Origin: Candidatus Xenobia bacterium
GTDB lineage: Bacteria > Vulcanimicrobiota > Xenobia > Xenobiales > QWHO01
DNA length: 24,124 nt
NCBI GenBank assembly: GCA_045863235.1
Contig: BTUM01000106.1
Span: 1-24,124, forward strand
Direction: 5' to 3'
The notes under the pieces are model-generated. The model ran no database searches and was not told where the DNA came from. It worked only from the letters and a program-made list of their open reading frames with translations. Below, one piece after another: positions 8,672 through 16,903 of the stretch (position 1 is its first letter; each line of letters starts with the position of its first letter). Position numbers and translations under genes: made by a program.

Positions 8672-10747
8672 TCAGCGACCGGAGGCCAGTTCCTCTCGAA
8701 TGCGAGGCAAACGCACCCAAAAACGGCAGCCCCGGCCCTCTTCGCTCTCCAAACCGACCTGACCGCCCATCTGGTCCACCAGGGTCTTGGTGATGTAAAG
8801 GCCCAGGCCGCTCCCCTGAACCCGCCAGTTCTTCCGATCCTCCAGCCGGCGAAAGCGCTCGAACACAGAGCCCTGCTTGTCCCTGGGAATTCCCGGGCCG
8901 TCGTCTTGCACCCAGATCAGCACGTAGGAGCTCTCCACCTCGCTGGTGATGCGCACCTGCCCCCCCTGGGGGGAGTACTTGATGGCGTTGGAGACCAGGT
9001 TATTGAGCACCTGGTCGAGCTGATCCCGATCGGCCCGCACCTGCAAGGCGGGCTCGATCTCGTAGCTCAGGTTGTGCCTGCGCGAGCCCACCTGGTGCAG
9101 GCTCACCACCCGACGCACGGCCGGCTCGAGCGGCACGGCCTCGAGGTGGGCGGTGTGCTGCCCGGCCTCGTAGCGAGCCTGGAGGAGCAGGTTGTCGAAC
9201 ATGCGGGTGACCCGGTCGATCTCGGAGTTGATCACCTCCAGGGCCTCGTGGCGAGTGGCCTCGTCAAGCTTCTCGCCATGGCGCAAGAGGGTGATTGCGT
9301 AGCCCTTCATGGCTGTCAGCGGGGTTTTGAGGTCGTGCGAGAGGGCGGCCGCATAATCGGACTTCATCTGCTCGATGGCCTTCTTCTCGGTGATGTCGCG
9401 GAAGATCACCACCGCCCCGAGCAGGTCGCCCCGGTCGACCACCACCGAGTAGGTCGAGCTGACATAGCGATTCTCGCCCGCCCGGTTGCGGATGGTGCCC
9501 TCCACGGTGAGTCCGCTGTCCATCAAGCGCTGATTTGCCAGGAGGCGCATCAGGGGGCAATTCTCCTGGCAGTTGGCCGCCTCCATGCCGGGAGCCTCGC
9601 AGTAGCGAGCCTGGAACACCTCGGCACAGGTACGGCCCACGGCCTGCTCGGCCGTCCAGCCGGAAATGGCTTCGGCGGCCGGATTGAAGCTGGTGATACG
9701 CTTCTCCCAGTCGAGCGTGTAAACGCCGTCGGCCATGCTATCGAGCACAGCCCGCGCCACCACGCGCTCGAGGTCAGCGGTGGAGACCAGCATGGCGTTC
9801 TCGAGGATGAGGGAGACCTGGTGAGCCATCAGACGAGCCAGGTCGAGCTCCTCGGGGGCATAGCTGCGGGTGGAGGGATCGCCCAGAAGCAGCATACCCA
9901 GCACCTTGCCGTCCAGCTCCAGGGGGATGGCCAGCAGGCTCTTGAGCCCCAGGCGGGTGAAGAGCCGGCTGCGGTCGAGCCGGCCGAGATCCTTGGAGGA
10001 GATGAAGAACTCGCCGTCGCGCAGCACCCGTTTGCCGATGGAGCCGAGCTGGCGCGAGGGCACCACCGGACCGATGCGGCGGGTCAGCTCTTCCCCCCCA
10101 TAAATGCGAAGGCGCCGCATCTCTTGAATGAGGATGGCCGAGAAACGATGATCGAGCACGCTGGCGGCGCGCTCGGCCAGGCTGGGGAGGGCGCTGGCCA
10201 GGTGGGGGGTGGCCAGCATGCTGGCGGCATACTGGTGCCAGGAGGCCAGCGCTTCGGTGCGGCGCTTGGTGGTCTCCAGGGTGGGGCGCAGGCGCGAGTT
10301 GCCGCGACGCTGGGTGGCCTGAAGCTCCTCGCTCAGCTTCTGCACCCGCAGACGCAGGGCCTCGGCCTCGCGCTCGACCTCGATGCGCTGCAAGCAGAGC
10401 GAGACCTGCTCGATCAGCCGGGCAGGCGGGGCTCCGGGAGCTTCCAACAGCATGGCTCCTCGCCCCAGCGGGAAATAGTGAGCTGCCTGCGGGTTGGGAA
10501 AGGGGCACAGCCCGTTGAGCTGGCCGGCGGTCAGGTCGCCGGCGGCCTCGGGCAGGTCGCCGCTGAGCCGCCTCCGGGTGGGAGCGGCGGTGCCCAGACA
10601 GGCGATCAGGTCGTGACTGTCATCGGGACCGGTCGTAGGGAGCAGCACCCAACCCCGGGCGGCTCCAGCTCGCAGGCAGCAGGCCTCGAGGGCTTCTCCC
10701 AGGAGGCGGCTGGCCAGCTCGGGTAGACCGGGCCGAACCCACCTCAT
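8672..10747 (-). CDS. Cytoplasmic GAF-PAS sensor histidine kinase
   Basis: H-box SHDLKTPLTAMKG, N-box NLVSNAIKYS, G1 DDGPGI, G2 GSGLGL; PAS (DGVYTLD..FNPAAEAISGW); GAF (SLLAIPL..GKVLGML); ATGA overlap with miaB. Confidence 0.93.
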   Translation of the reverse strand: MRWVRPGLPELASRLLGEALEACCLRAGAARGWVLLPTTGPDDSHDLIACLGTAAPTRRRLSGDLPEAAGDLTAGQLNGLCPFPNPQAAHYFPLGRGAMLLEAPGAPPARLIEQVSLCLQRIEVEREAEALRLRVQKLSEELQATQRRGNSRLRPTLETTKRRTEALASWHQYAASMLATPHLASALPSLAERAASVLDHRFSAILIQEMRRLRIYGGEELTRRIGPVVPSRQLGSIGKRVLRDGEFFISSKDLGRLDRSRLFTRLGLKSLLAIPLELDGKVLGMLLLGDPSTRSYAPEELDLARLMAHQVSLILENAMLVSTADLERVVARAVLDSMADGVYTLDWEKRITSFNPAAEAISGWTAEQAVGRTCAEVFQARYCEAPGMEAANCQENCPLMRLLANQRLMDSGLTVEGTIRNRAGENRYVSSTYSVVVDRGDLLGAVVIFRDITEKKAIEQMKSDYAAALSHDLKTPLTAMKGYAITLLRHGEKLDEATRHEALEVINSEIDRVTRMFDNLLLQARYEAGQHTAHLEAVPLEPAVRRVVSLHQVGSRRHNLSYEIEPALQVRADRDQLDQVLNNLVSNAIKYSPQGGQVRITSEVESSYVLIWVQDDGPGIPRDKQGSVFERFRRLEDRKNWRVQGSGLGLYITKTLVDQMGGQVGLESEEGRGCRFWVRLPRIREELASGR

Positions 10748-12123
10748 GCAGCTGCTCGGGACCAGTCTCCGGGACGCGTCTCGTGCTCTTGCAGCTCTCC
10801 CACGAACCCCCAGGTGAAGTGTTGGTCGAGCCGCACCCGGGCCATCAGGCCGGTCAGGTCGCCCTCGGCCTCGAAGTGGACCAGCCGGCCACAGCGGGTG
10901 CGACCGGTGAAGCGGCGGCTATCCTTCTTGCTCGGGCCTTCGACCAGCACCTCGGCCACGCGGCCCAGCCGGGCGGCGTTGAGCTCCATGCTGATGGAGT
11001 TTTGCAGCTCGATCAGGCGATACAGGCGATCCATGCGCTCGTCTTCGGGGACCTGATCCTTGAAGAGTGCCCCGGGCGTGCCCGGGCGGGGCGAATAAGC
11101 GAACATGAAAGCGCTGTCGAAACGGGCCTGACGCACCAGGTCGAGGGTGCGCTGGAACTGCTCTTCGGTCTCGCCAGGAAATCCAACGATGATATCGGTG
11201 CTGACAGCCAGCCCCGGGATGGCGGCCCGCATGCGCGCTGCAAGCTCCAGGAACTCGGCTCCGGTGTAACCGCGCTTCATGCGCTTGAGCACCTGGTCGT
11301 CGCCAGCCTGGAGCGGCAGATGGACGTGCTCGCACATGGCCGGATTGGCGGCCATGGCCTCGATGACGCGCTGGGTGAAGTAGGCTGGATGGGGCGAGGT
11401 GAAGCGGAGGCGGTCCAGGCCGGGAGCGCCGCGCAGGCCATCGATCAGGTCGGCGAAATCGCTCCTGGGCTCCAGGTCGCGCCCGTAGTCGTTGACGTTC
11501 TGGCCCAGCAGCAGCACTTCGCGGTGGCCCTCGCGGGCCAGGCGGCGCACCTCGCTGACCACCTGCAGGACGGGTCGGCTCTTGAGTCGACCGCGCACGT
11601 AGGGCACGATGCAGAAGGTGCACCACTGGTCGCAGCCCATCGAGATGGTGACCATGGCCGAGAACCGTCGGGTGGGGCGGGCCAAAAGGTCGAAGGTGTC
11701 GCCCTGCTTCTCCACCCGCACGAAACGGCCCTCGCCCGACTGAACCTTGAGCACCATCTCGGGCAGGTCGCGCACGTTGTGGGTGCCCAGCACCAGGTCG
11801 ACCTGAGGGAAGCGGTTGAGGAAATCCTCGCCGTCCTTCTGAGCCAGGCAGCCCACCACGGCCAGCACCTGACGAGGGTGCTGGGCTTTGTAGCGCTTGA
11901 AGTCGCCCATGCGCCCGTAGACTTTCTGGTCGGCGTTGTCGCGGATGCAGCAGGTGTTGAACACGGCCACATCGGCCCTCTCCGCGTCCTCGGAGGCTGC
12001 CAGGCCCATGCCCTCGAGCATCCAGGCCAGAAGCTCGGAGTCATACTGATTCATCTGGCAGCCGTAGGTCTGCAGGTAATAGGTTCCCAGGCGGGGGATG
12101 GTCGTTTCGGGCGTAGCCAACAT
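10744..12123 (-). CDS. miaB: tRNA-2-methylthio-N6-dimethylallyladenosine synthase MiaB
   Basis: Motifs TYGCQMN, radical SAM CDQWCTFC, LLGQNVN, TDIIVGFPGET, YSPRPGT and a C-terminal TRAM domain. Start is 12123 or 12150. Confidence 0.95.
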   Translation of the reverse strand: MLATPETTIPRLGTYYLQTYGCQMNQYDSELLAWMLEGMGLAASEDAERADVAVFNTCCIRDNADQKVYGRMGDFKRYKAQHPRQVLAVVGCLAQKDGEDFLNRFPQVDLVLGTHNVRDLPEMVLKVQSGEGRFVRVEKQGDTFDLLARPTRRFSAMVTISMGCDQWCTFCIVPYVRGRLKSRPVLQVVSEVRRLAREGHREVLLLGQNVNDYGRDLEPRSDFADLIDGLRGAPGLDRLRFTSPHPAYFTQRVIEAMAANPAMCEHVHLPLQAGDDQVLKRMKRGYTGAEFLELAARMRAAIPGLAVSTDIIVGFPGETEEQFQRTLDLVRQARFDSAFMFAYSPRPGTPGALFKDQVPEDERMDRLYRLIELQNSISMELNAARLGRVAEVLVEGPSKKDSRRFTGRTRCGRLVHFEAEGDLTGLMARVRLDQHFTWGFVGELQEHETRPGDWSRAAA

Positions 12124-12133
12124 CTCAGGCTGA

Positions 12134-12163
12134 ACTATAGCGCCTGCCACCTGAGGAACGCAA
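12134..12163 (-). promoter_or_regulatory. Putative internal sigma70 promoter for miaB
   Basis: TTGCGT-N18-TATAGT, 10 nt before ATG 12123; no SD sequence. Confidence 0.55.
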
Positions 12164-12166
12164 GTC

Positions 12167-13771
12167 TCAGGGAGCCTCGGCCCGCGCAGCCTGCTTGTTG
12201 ATGAGCTCGATCGCCTTCTGAAGCTGGGTGTCGTGCTTGACCTTGCCCACGAACCGGGGCTCCATCTTCAAGCTCACGTCGGGCTCGATGCCCTTCTTGT
12301 CGATCACCTTGCCCGAAGGGGAGTAGAAGCGAGCGATGGTCAACTTGAGAGCGGAGTCGTCGGGGAAGGGGTAGAGCTGTTGCACCGAGCCCTTGCCGAA
12401 GGAGTGCGTGCCCACCAGGGTGGCCACCTTGTGGTCGCGCAGGGCGCCTGCAGTGATCTCGCTGGCCGAGGCAGAGTACTCGTTGATCAGAACCACCACT
12501 GGCACGTGGGGGCCGTCGCCCGAAACGCTGGAATTATAGTCGCGCCTCTTCCCGGTGCGGTTGACGGTGTAGACGACCAGGCTTCCCCGGCGCAGGAACT
12601 GGCCCACCACTCCCACGGCCGCGTCGATATAGCCCCCACCGTTGTTGCGAAGGTCGATCACGATGCCCTTGGCGCCCTGGGAGAGGACGTTCTGCACGCC
12701 CTGCTCGAGCTCTTCGGCCGTATCCTGACCGAACTGGCGCAGGCGCACGTAGCCGATCTGGTTGTCGAGCAGCTTGGAGGTCACCGAGACCACCTGGATC
12801 TCCTGACGGGTCACGGTGAAGTCCTTCGGAGCCGCTCCTCGGCGCTTGATGGTCAGCACCACGTTCGTGCCCGGCTTGCCACGGATGGCAGCCTGAGCCA
12901 TGTCGAGGGTGATGTTCTTGGTGACTTTGCCATCGATCTTGAGGATCTGGTCACCTGATTCCAGGCCAGCCTTGGCCGCGGGGGTGCCCTCGATGGGCTC
13001 GAAGACGGTCAACTGGTTCTTGTTGTCGCGGTCGAGCTCGATGTAGATGCCGATGCCGCCGAACCCGACGGCCTGCATCTGCTCTTGCAGCTTGCGATAC
13101 TCCTCCGGGGTCATCAGGACCGAGTAGGGATCCTTGAGCCCGTCGAGCATGCCGTAGATGGCGGCCAGGGTGAGCAGGCGCTCATCCACTTTGTTGCCGT
13201 AGAGGTCGACCAGTTGGACCAGAACGTTCTTGGACTTGTCCAGCCGCTTGAGGGCGTCGGGCGAGACCTTGGCCTGCTTGAGCAGGTTGGCCACCTCGGC
13301 CTTCAGGCCGTTGAAGAGGGCATCCTCGTTGACTTTCTCGACGTAATTCTCGCGGATCTGCCAGTAGATGTTCCGGAAGTACTCAGCATCCGGATCAAAC
13401 CCCATCGAGTCGGGGTTCTTGAGCCACTTGGAGTAGTCGCGAGGCTCCAGCTCGAGGTCTTTGTCCTTCTTCGGATCTTTGGGCTTTTGAGCCAGCTCGG
13501 GCGGCATCTCGGCCTCGGCCGGCTTCTCGGCCGGCTCGGACACGAACGTGCCGGTCTTCTCGTCGTTCATGCTGTCGGGGTCGAGGTTGACCACCATCGA
13601 ATCGGTGGCCGGACTCACGCGCACGTCGAGCTGAGGGCCATCGAGTTGGGCCAGCGTCTGCTCGACAGCCGGGCTAGCCTGGCCCGACCGGCTCAACAAA
13701 CCCCAGCCGAGCGCCAGCGTCGTCAGGAGCAACGCCAGCGCCGCGATTCCTATCAGTCCACCACGTCGCAT
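12167..13771 (-). CDS. ctpA: Carboxyl-terminal processing protease (S41A, CtpA/Prc family)
   Basis: N-terminal TM helix; LKDPYS, FGGIGI PDZ, DLRNNGGG, SASASEI and SFGKGSVQ; GAGGTG RBS before ATG 13771. Confidence 0.95.
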   Translation of the reverse strand: MRRGGLIGIAALALLLTTLALGWGLLSRSGQASPAVEQTLAQLDGPQLDVRVSPATDSMVVNLDPDSMNDEKTGTFVSEPAEKPAEAEMPPELAQKPKDPKKDKDLELEPRDYSKWLKNPDSMGFDPDAEYFRNIYWQIRENYVEKVNEDALFNGLKAEVANLLKQAKVSPDALKRLDKSKNVLVQLVDLYGNKVDERLLTLAAIYGMLDGLKDPYSVLMTPEEYRKLQEQMQAVGFGGIGIYIELDRDNKNQLTVFEPIEGTPAAKAGLESGDQILKIDGKVTKNITLDMAQAAIRGKPGTNVVLTIKRRGAAPKDFTVTRQEIQVVSVTSKLLDNQIGYVRLRQFGQDTAEELEQGVQNVLSQGAKGIVIDLRNNGGGYIDAAVGVVGQFLRRGSLVVYTVNRTGKRRDYNSSVSGDGPHVPVVVLINEYSASASEITAGALRDHKVATLVGTHSFGKGSVQQLYPFPDDSALKLTIARFYSPSGKVIDKKGIEPDVSLKMEPRFVGKVKHDTQLQKAIELINKQAARAEAP

Positions 13772-13784
13772 CAAACCACCTCGA

Positions 13785-14015
13785 TCAGGCAAATGTGGGC
13801 ATGTCGACCAGGCCGGAGCCGCAACATGCCGCGCAGGAACGACGACCACTTCCCTGGCAGTCGGCACAGGGAATTTTTTTCTTCCCTCGACAATCAGGGC
13901 AGTCCGGGCTCTGCTCGCGGGCACAGCGGGGGCAGACAATCTCAGTCGCACCCTGGCAGCGCTCACAGGTCCGTTGGCCGGTCCCCGAGCAGAACTTACA
14001 GAGAATCGTCGTCAA
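13785..14015 (-). CDS. Small stand-alone DnaJ-type zinc-finger protein (six CxxC motifs)
   Basis: CKFCSGTG, CERCQG, CPRC, CPDCRG, CADCQGSG and CAACCGSG; its TTG start overlaps the hpf TGA stop; GAGGA upstream. Confidence 0.8.
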   Translation of the reverse strand: MTTILCKFCSGTGQRTCERCQGATEIVCPRCAREQSPDCPDCRGKKKIPCADCQGSGRRSCAACCGSGLVDMPTFA

Positions 14016-14575
14016 TCGTTTTCTTCCTCGGTGCGAGGGTCGATCAGGCCATAGCCCCGCTCACGCTTGTAGATCACGTTGATCCGGGCGTTCGAGCTGT
14101 TGAGGAAGGTGAAGAAATTGTGTCCGTGGGCTTCGAGCTCTTTGATGGCCTCATCGATCGTCATCGGGGCGGCCTGGAAACGGTAGGTGTGCTCGATGCG
14201 AGGCGCATAGGCAGGGCCATTCTTGTTGCCGGGCCGTTCGCTGGGACGCGCCTCGGCTTCACCGCTCCCCTCGTGGCTATCGGTGGTGCGGCGCGCGATG
14301 GCTTTGCCCTTCTGTTTCTTGAGCTGGCGCTCGAGCTTCTCGAGCACCCGGTCAACCGAGTTGTACATGTCCTTCGTGCGCTCTTCCCCACGCATGTCGA
14401 ACCCTTTGCCGTGCATCGTGACTTCGACGATATGCCAGTTGCGCTCGGTGGTCATGGTGACATCGGCGGAGAGAACCGAGGCGTCGTGGCGGGCAACTTT
14501 GCCCACCCGCTCGGATGCGTAGTTCTTGAGCGCTTCGGTGACGTCGAAGTTCTTGCCCTTGACAGTGATCTGCAC
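14012..14575 (-). CDS. hpf: Ribosome hibernation promoting factor, long form (HPF/RaiA)
   Basis: Motifs QITVKGKNFDVTEALKNY, DMYNSVD..KLERQLKK and C-terminal PMTIDEAI...NVIYKR..YGLIDP; AAAGGAGG RBS before GTG 14575. Confidence 0.95.
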   Translation of the reverse strand: MQITVKGKNFDVTEALKNYASERVGKVARHDASVLSADVTMTTERNWHIVEVTMHGKGFDMRGEERTKDMYNSVDRVLEKLERQLKKQKGKAIARRTTDSHEGSGEAEARPSERPGNKNGPAYAPRIEHTYRFQAAPMTIDEAIKELEAHGHNFFTFLNSSNARINVIYKRERGYGLIDPRTEEEND

Positions 14576-14865
14576 TCGCAAGCCTCCTTTTGGCAGGGGT
14601 GTGATGGGGAGACAGATCTCCCAACGGAGGTGTATCCGCGATCCATTTTCGGGGCCGCTTTCCTCGACCCTGCCTGACCGGTCAAAGTGAAGCGTGCAGT
14701 CATCTGCGCCGACAGCTTGGAAAGAAGGCGCCCTGGAAGGATCGCCAAACCTCGAAGAGGACTTTTCATCATCCTGCGCTCTACAGATTCTCTCGATGAG
14801 AGCAAAAAAGTGTGGAACTCTCAAGTTCTTTTTGATAGCATGAGGCTACCGAAAAGTTCCCACTG

Positions 14866-16857
14866 ATGCTCGAGTCGACTTGCCCAGAACTCTTCAGCTC
14901 GATTCCCGCCCTGCGCCTGGAGCTGAGTCCCCAGCTAGCCGCGTTTGGCGCTGACCTTGCACGCCGCTTCGAGGCTCTGGCGGAGAGGCTGGCCCACGAG
15001 TGCCAGGCCCCGGTTCCCCCTCCCGAAGCCGTCGAGGCCACCTGGCTGAAGCCGAATACCTACCGGATTCTGGTCGGGGGAGCTCTGCGAGCGGTCGGGA
15101 CCGCCTACCCCGGTCGCCTGCTGGCCGTGGGTGACCTGCGCGGCCTGAAGGGCATTGCCGACCTGGACCCCATTCGAGCTCTGCCGGCGGCCTGGATCGA
15201 CCGCCGCCGGCGAGCCTCAGCCGAGAGTCGGGGGGCCCTGCTCTCCGAGCCGGCCGACCTGGTGCTGCGCCACGTCGAGCGCACCTTGCGCCAGGTGCTC
15301 AACGAGCGCGCTCATATGAGCCGGGTTTTCCACCAGGTGGCTCGCCTGGCCAACCGCAACCCCAACCTGGTGCAGCGGGCCACCCGTCGGGTGGGCCGCG
15401 AAGTGCTGTTGGTCTCGCTGGCAAGCCTCGAGAGCGAGGCGATCGTTTGCCGCGATCTGGCTCCCCTGCTCGATCGGGTTGCCAGCGCCGCCCCCCTGCG
15501 CTGCACGGCCCTCGAATGTATCGAGTGGTTGCGCAGCCGCTTGCGCAGCCAGATCTCCAGTGAGTATGCCCAGCAAGGTGTGCTCGAATGCGTGACTCTG
15601 GAGCCCGATCTGCAGCAATGGCTCTGGTGTCGCGCCTGGCAGGGTCGCCTCAGCCTGCTCGACCCGCCCGTGCGCAAGATTCTCGCCTGCCTGCGCGAGC
15701 AGGGACGACCTGTAACCCTGCTGGTGCTGCCCTACCTCAGACCCATCCTGAGCGCACTCTTGCGGCCCTATCTCGATGGCTTGCGGGTTCTCAAGACCGA
15801 TGAGCTCGAGCCGGGCACCCAGCTGTCGGTGCTGGCCAGCGTGCCGCTCGGGCTGCGGCGCTGGCAGCTTCCCTGGCAGCTGTGGAGGCAGGGGAAGTTG
15901 CGCCGCAAAGTCTTGCGCGAGCAACTGGAGGACTACGCTCGCCTTTCACGGGCGGGCAACGGGCCGCTCGTGCGCCCGGAGGCGGCGCCGGAGCCCGAAG
16001 TGACCGTTCCCCTGCGCCTGTCGGGCGCTCAAACTGCGGCGGTCTTCCTGCTCGAGTGCCCCACATGGCTGCTGCGCGAGGTACTGACGCGCCTGCCGGC
16101 CCGGGAAGTACACCGACTGGCTCAGGAGATGAGCCGGATGGGGCGCCAGAGCCTGCTGTATCGCGATCAAGTTCTGGAGAGCTTTCCCGGGCTCAACGCC
16201 GATAGCTCCGACCCGGTAGCCATCACCGCCCACCTGCGACGCCTCCTGACGGGAAGCGTGGCCGGCCCGGTGCGCGAGCTGGCCATCTCCCTTTTGGCGC
16301 TGGGCTCCGGCTATGGACCGGTGGCTCGCAAAGTTTTTGCCCGCCTGCCGGCCGAGACGGCCGAGCTGGTTCGAGCTGAGGTGGCCGAATTGCGAGGCCA
16401 GCAGAGTCTGTCTTTTCTGCCCACCCTCAACCGTTTCGCCGCCTTCTATCGCGGCGAGCGAGCCCACCTGGGAGTGCTTCCCGGCCCTGTCGTCAAGGAT
16501 TGGCTGCATGCCGCGGTGTTGCGCGACCCGGCCGGCATGGCTCGAGCCTTGCTGACCACCTGGTTGACGCCCACTCTGGATGCTTATCGCCACTGGGCGG
16601 CCGCCGACCCGGTGCGCACCGCTCGCTGGCTGTTCCGCTGGTGGCAGCATGGCCCCACCGGCGCGCAGGATCCGATCTGCCAGGCTCGCGCGGCTCTGCA
16701 ATGCCTGGACGCCGAGGTGGCCCACATGCTGAGCGCTTACCTCAGCCAGGAAACCTGGGAAGAGCTCACCCGCGGGCCGGCCGACGAAGACTGGGTATCC
16801 AGCGCGTCTCTCTGGCTCGCTTCGGGCACGCGGGCCTTCAGCCAGGCCCGGAACTGA
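14866..16857 (+). CDS. Divergent FlhA/FHIPEP cytoplasmic domain fused to FliG-N-like and FliF-C-like segments
   Basis: aa ~15-326 follow the FlhA-C motif order (LRLEL, LKPNTYRI, PGRLLA, DP..LPAAWI, NPNLV, E.I..RDL..LL, VTLEPDL, P.LR..L..LL...L.VL..EL). aa 385-440 (LSGAQTAAVFLL...EMSRM...RDQVLESF) resemble FliG-N. No TM segments. Confidence 0.75.
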   Translation: MLESTCPELFSSIPALRLELSPQLAAFGADLARRFEALAERLAHECQAPVPPPEAVEATWLKPNTYRILVGGALRAVGTAYPGRLLAVGDLRGLKGIADLDPIRALPAAWIDRRRRASAESRGALLSEPADLVLRHVERTLRQVLNERAHMSRVFHQVARLANRNPNLVQRATRRVGREVLLVSLASLESEAIVCRDLAPLLDRVASAAPLRCTALECIEWLRSRLRSQISSEYAQQGVLECVTLEPDLQQWLWCRAWQGRLSLLDPPVRKILACLREQGRPVTLLVLPYLRPILSALLRPYLDGLRVLKTDELEPGTQLSVLASVPLGLRRWQLPWQLWRQGKLRRKVLREQLEDYARLSRAGNGPLVRPEAAPEPEVTVPLRLSGAQTAAVFLLECPTWLLREVLTRLPAREVHRLAQEMSRMGRQSLLYRDQVLESFPGLNADSSDPVAITAHLRRLLTGSVAGPVRELAISLLALGSGYGPVARKVFARLPAETAELVRAEVAELRGQQSLSFLPTLNRFAAFYRGERAHLGVLPGPVVKDWLHAAVLRDPAGMARALLTTWLTPTLDAYRHWAAADPVRTARWLFRWWQHGPTGAQDPICQARAALQCLDAEVAHMLSAYLSQETWEELTRGPADEDWVSSASLWLASGTRAFSQARN

Positions 16858-16903
16858 CTGGGAAGCGGCCTCAAGGGCCGACTTACTGCGCGCGGAGGTA
16901 GGT

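Noticed and set aside
7931..10726. 931-aa plus-strand ORF and other long plus-strand ORFs (e.g. 652-1854, 2221-3780, 6144-7643, 10783-12201, 13085-14677, 18548-20581)
   Set aside because: They are antisense shadows of well-supported minus-strand genes in high-GC DNA and show no recognisable motifs.
14576..14865. raiA motif RNA or 6S RNA upstream of hpf
   Set aside because: I could not find the conserved raiA-motif sequence blocks or a 6S-like long rod with a central bubble. An Rfam scan would settle it.
14866..16857. Calling this gene flhA or a flhA pseudogene
   Set aside because: It lacks the TM export-gate domain and has a long extra C-terminal region, yet the frame is uninterrupted. Neither label is supported.
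16866..16880. Terminator between the converging FlhA-like and SLT genes (CGGCC-TCAAG-GGCCG)
   Set aside because: The stem is short and has no convincing U-tract on either strand.
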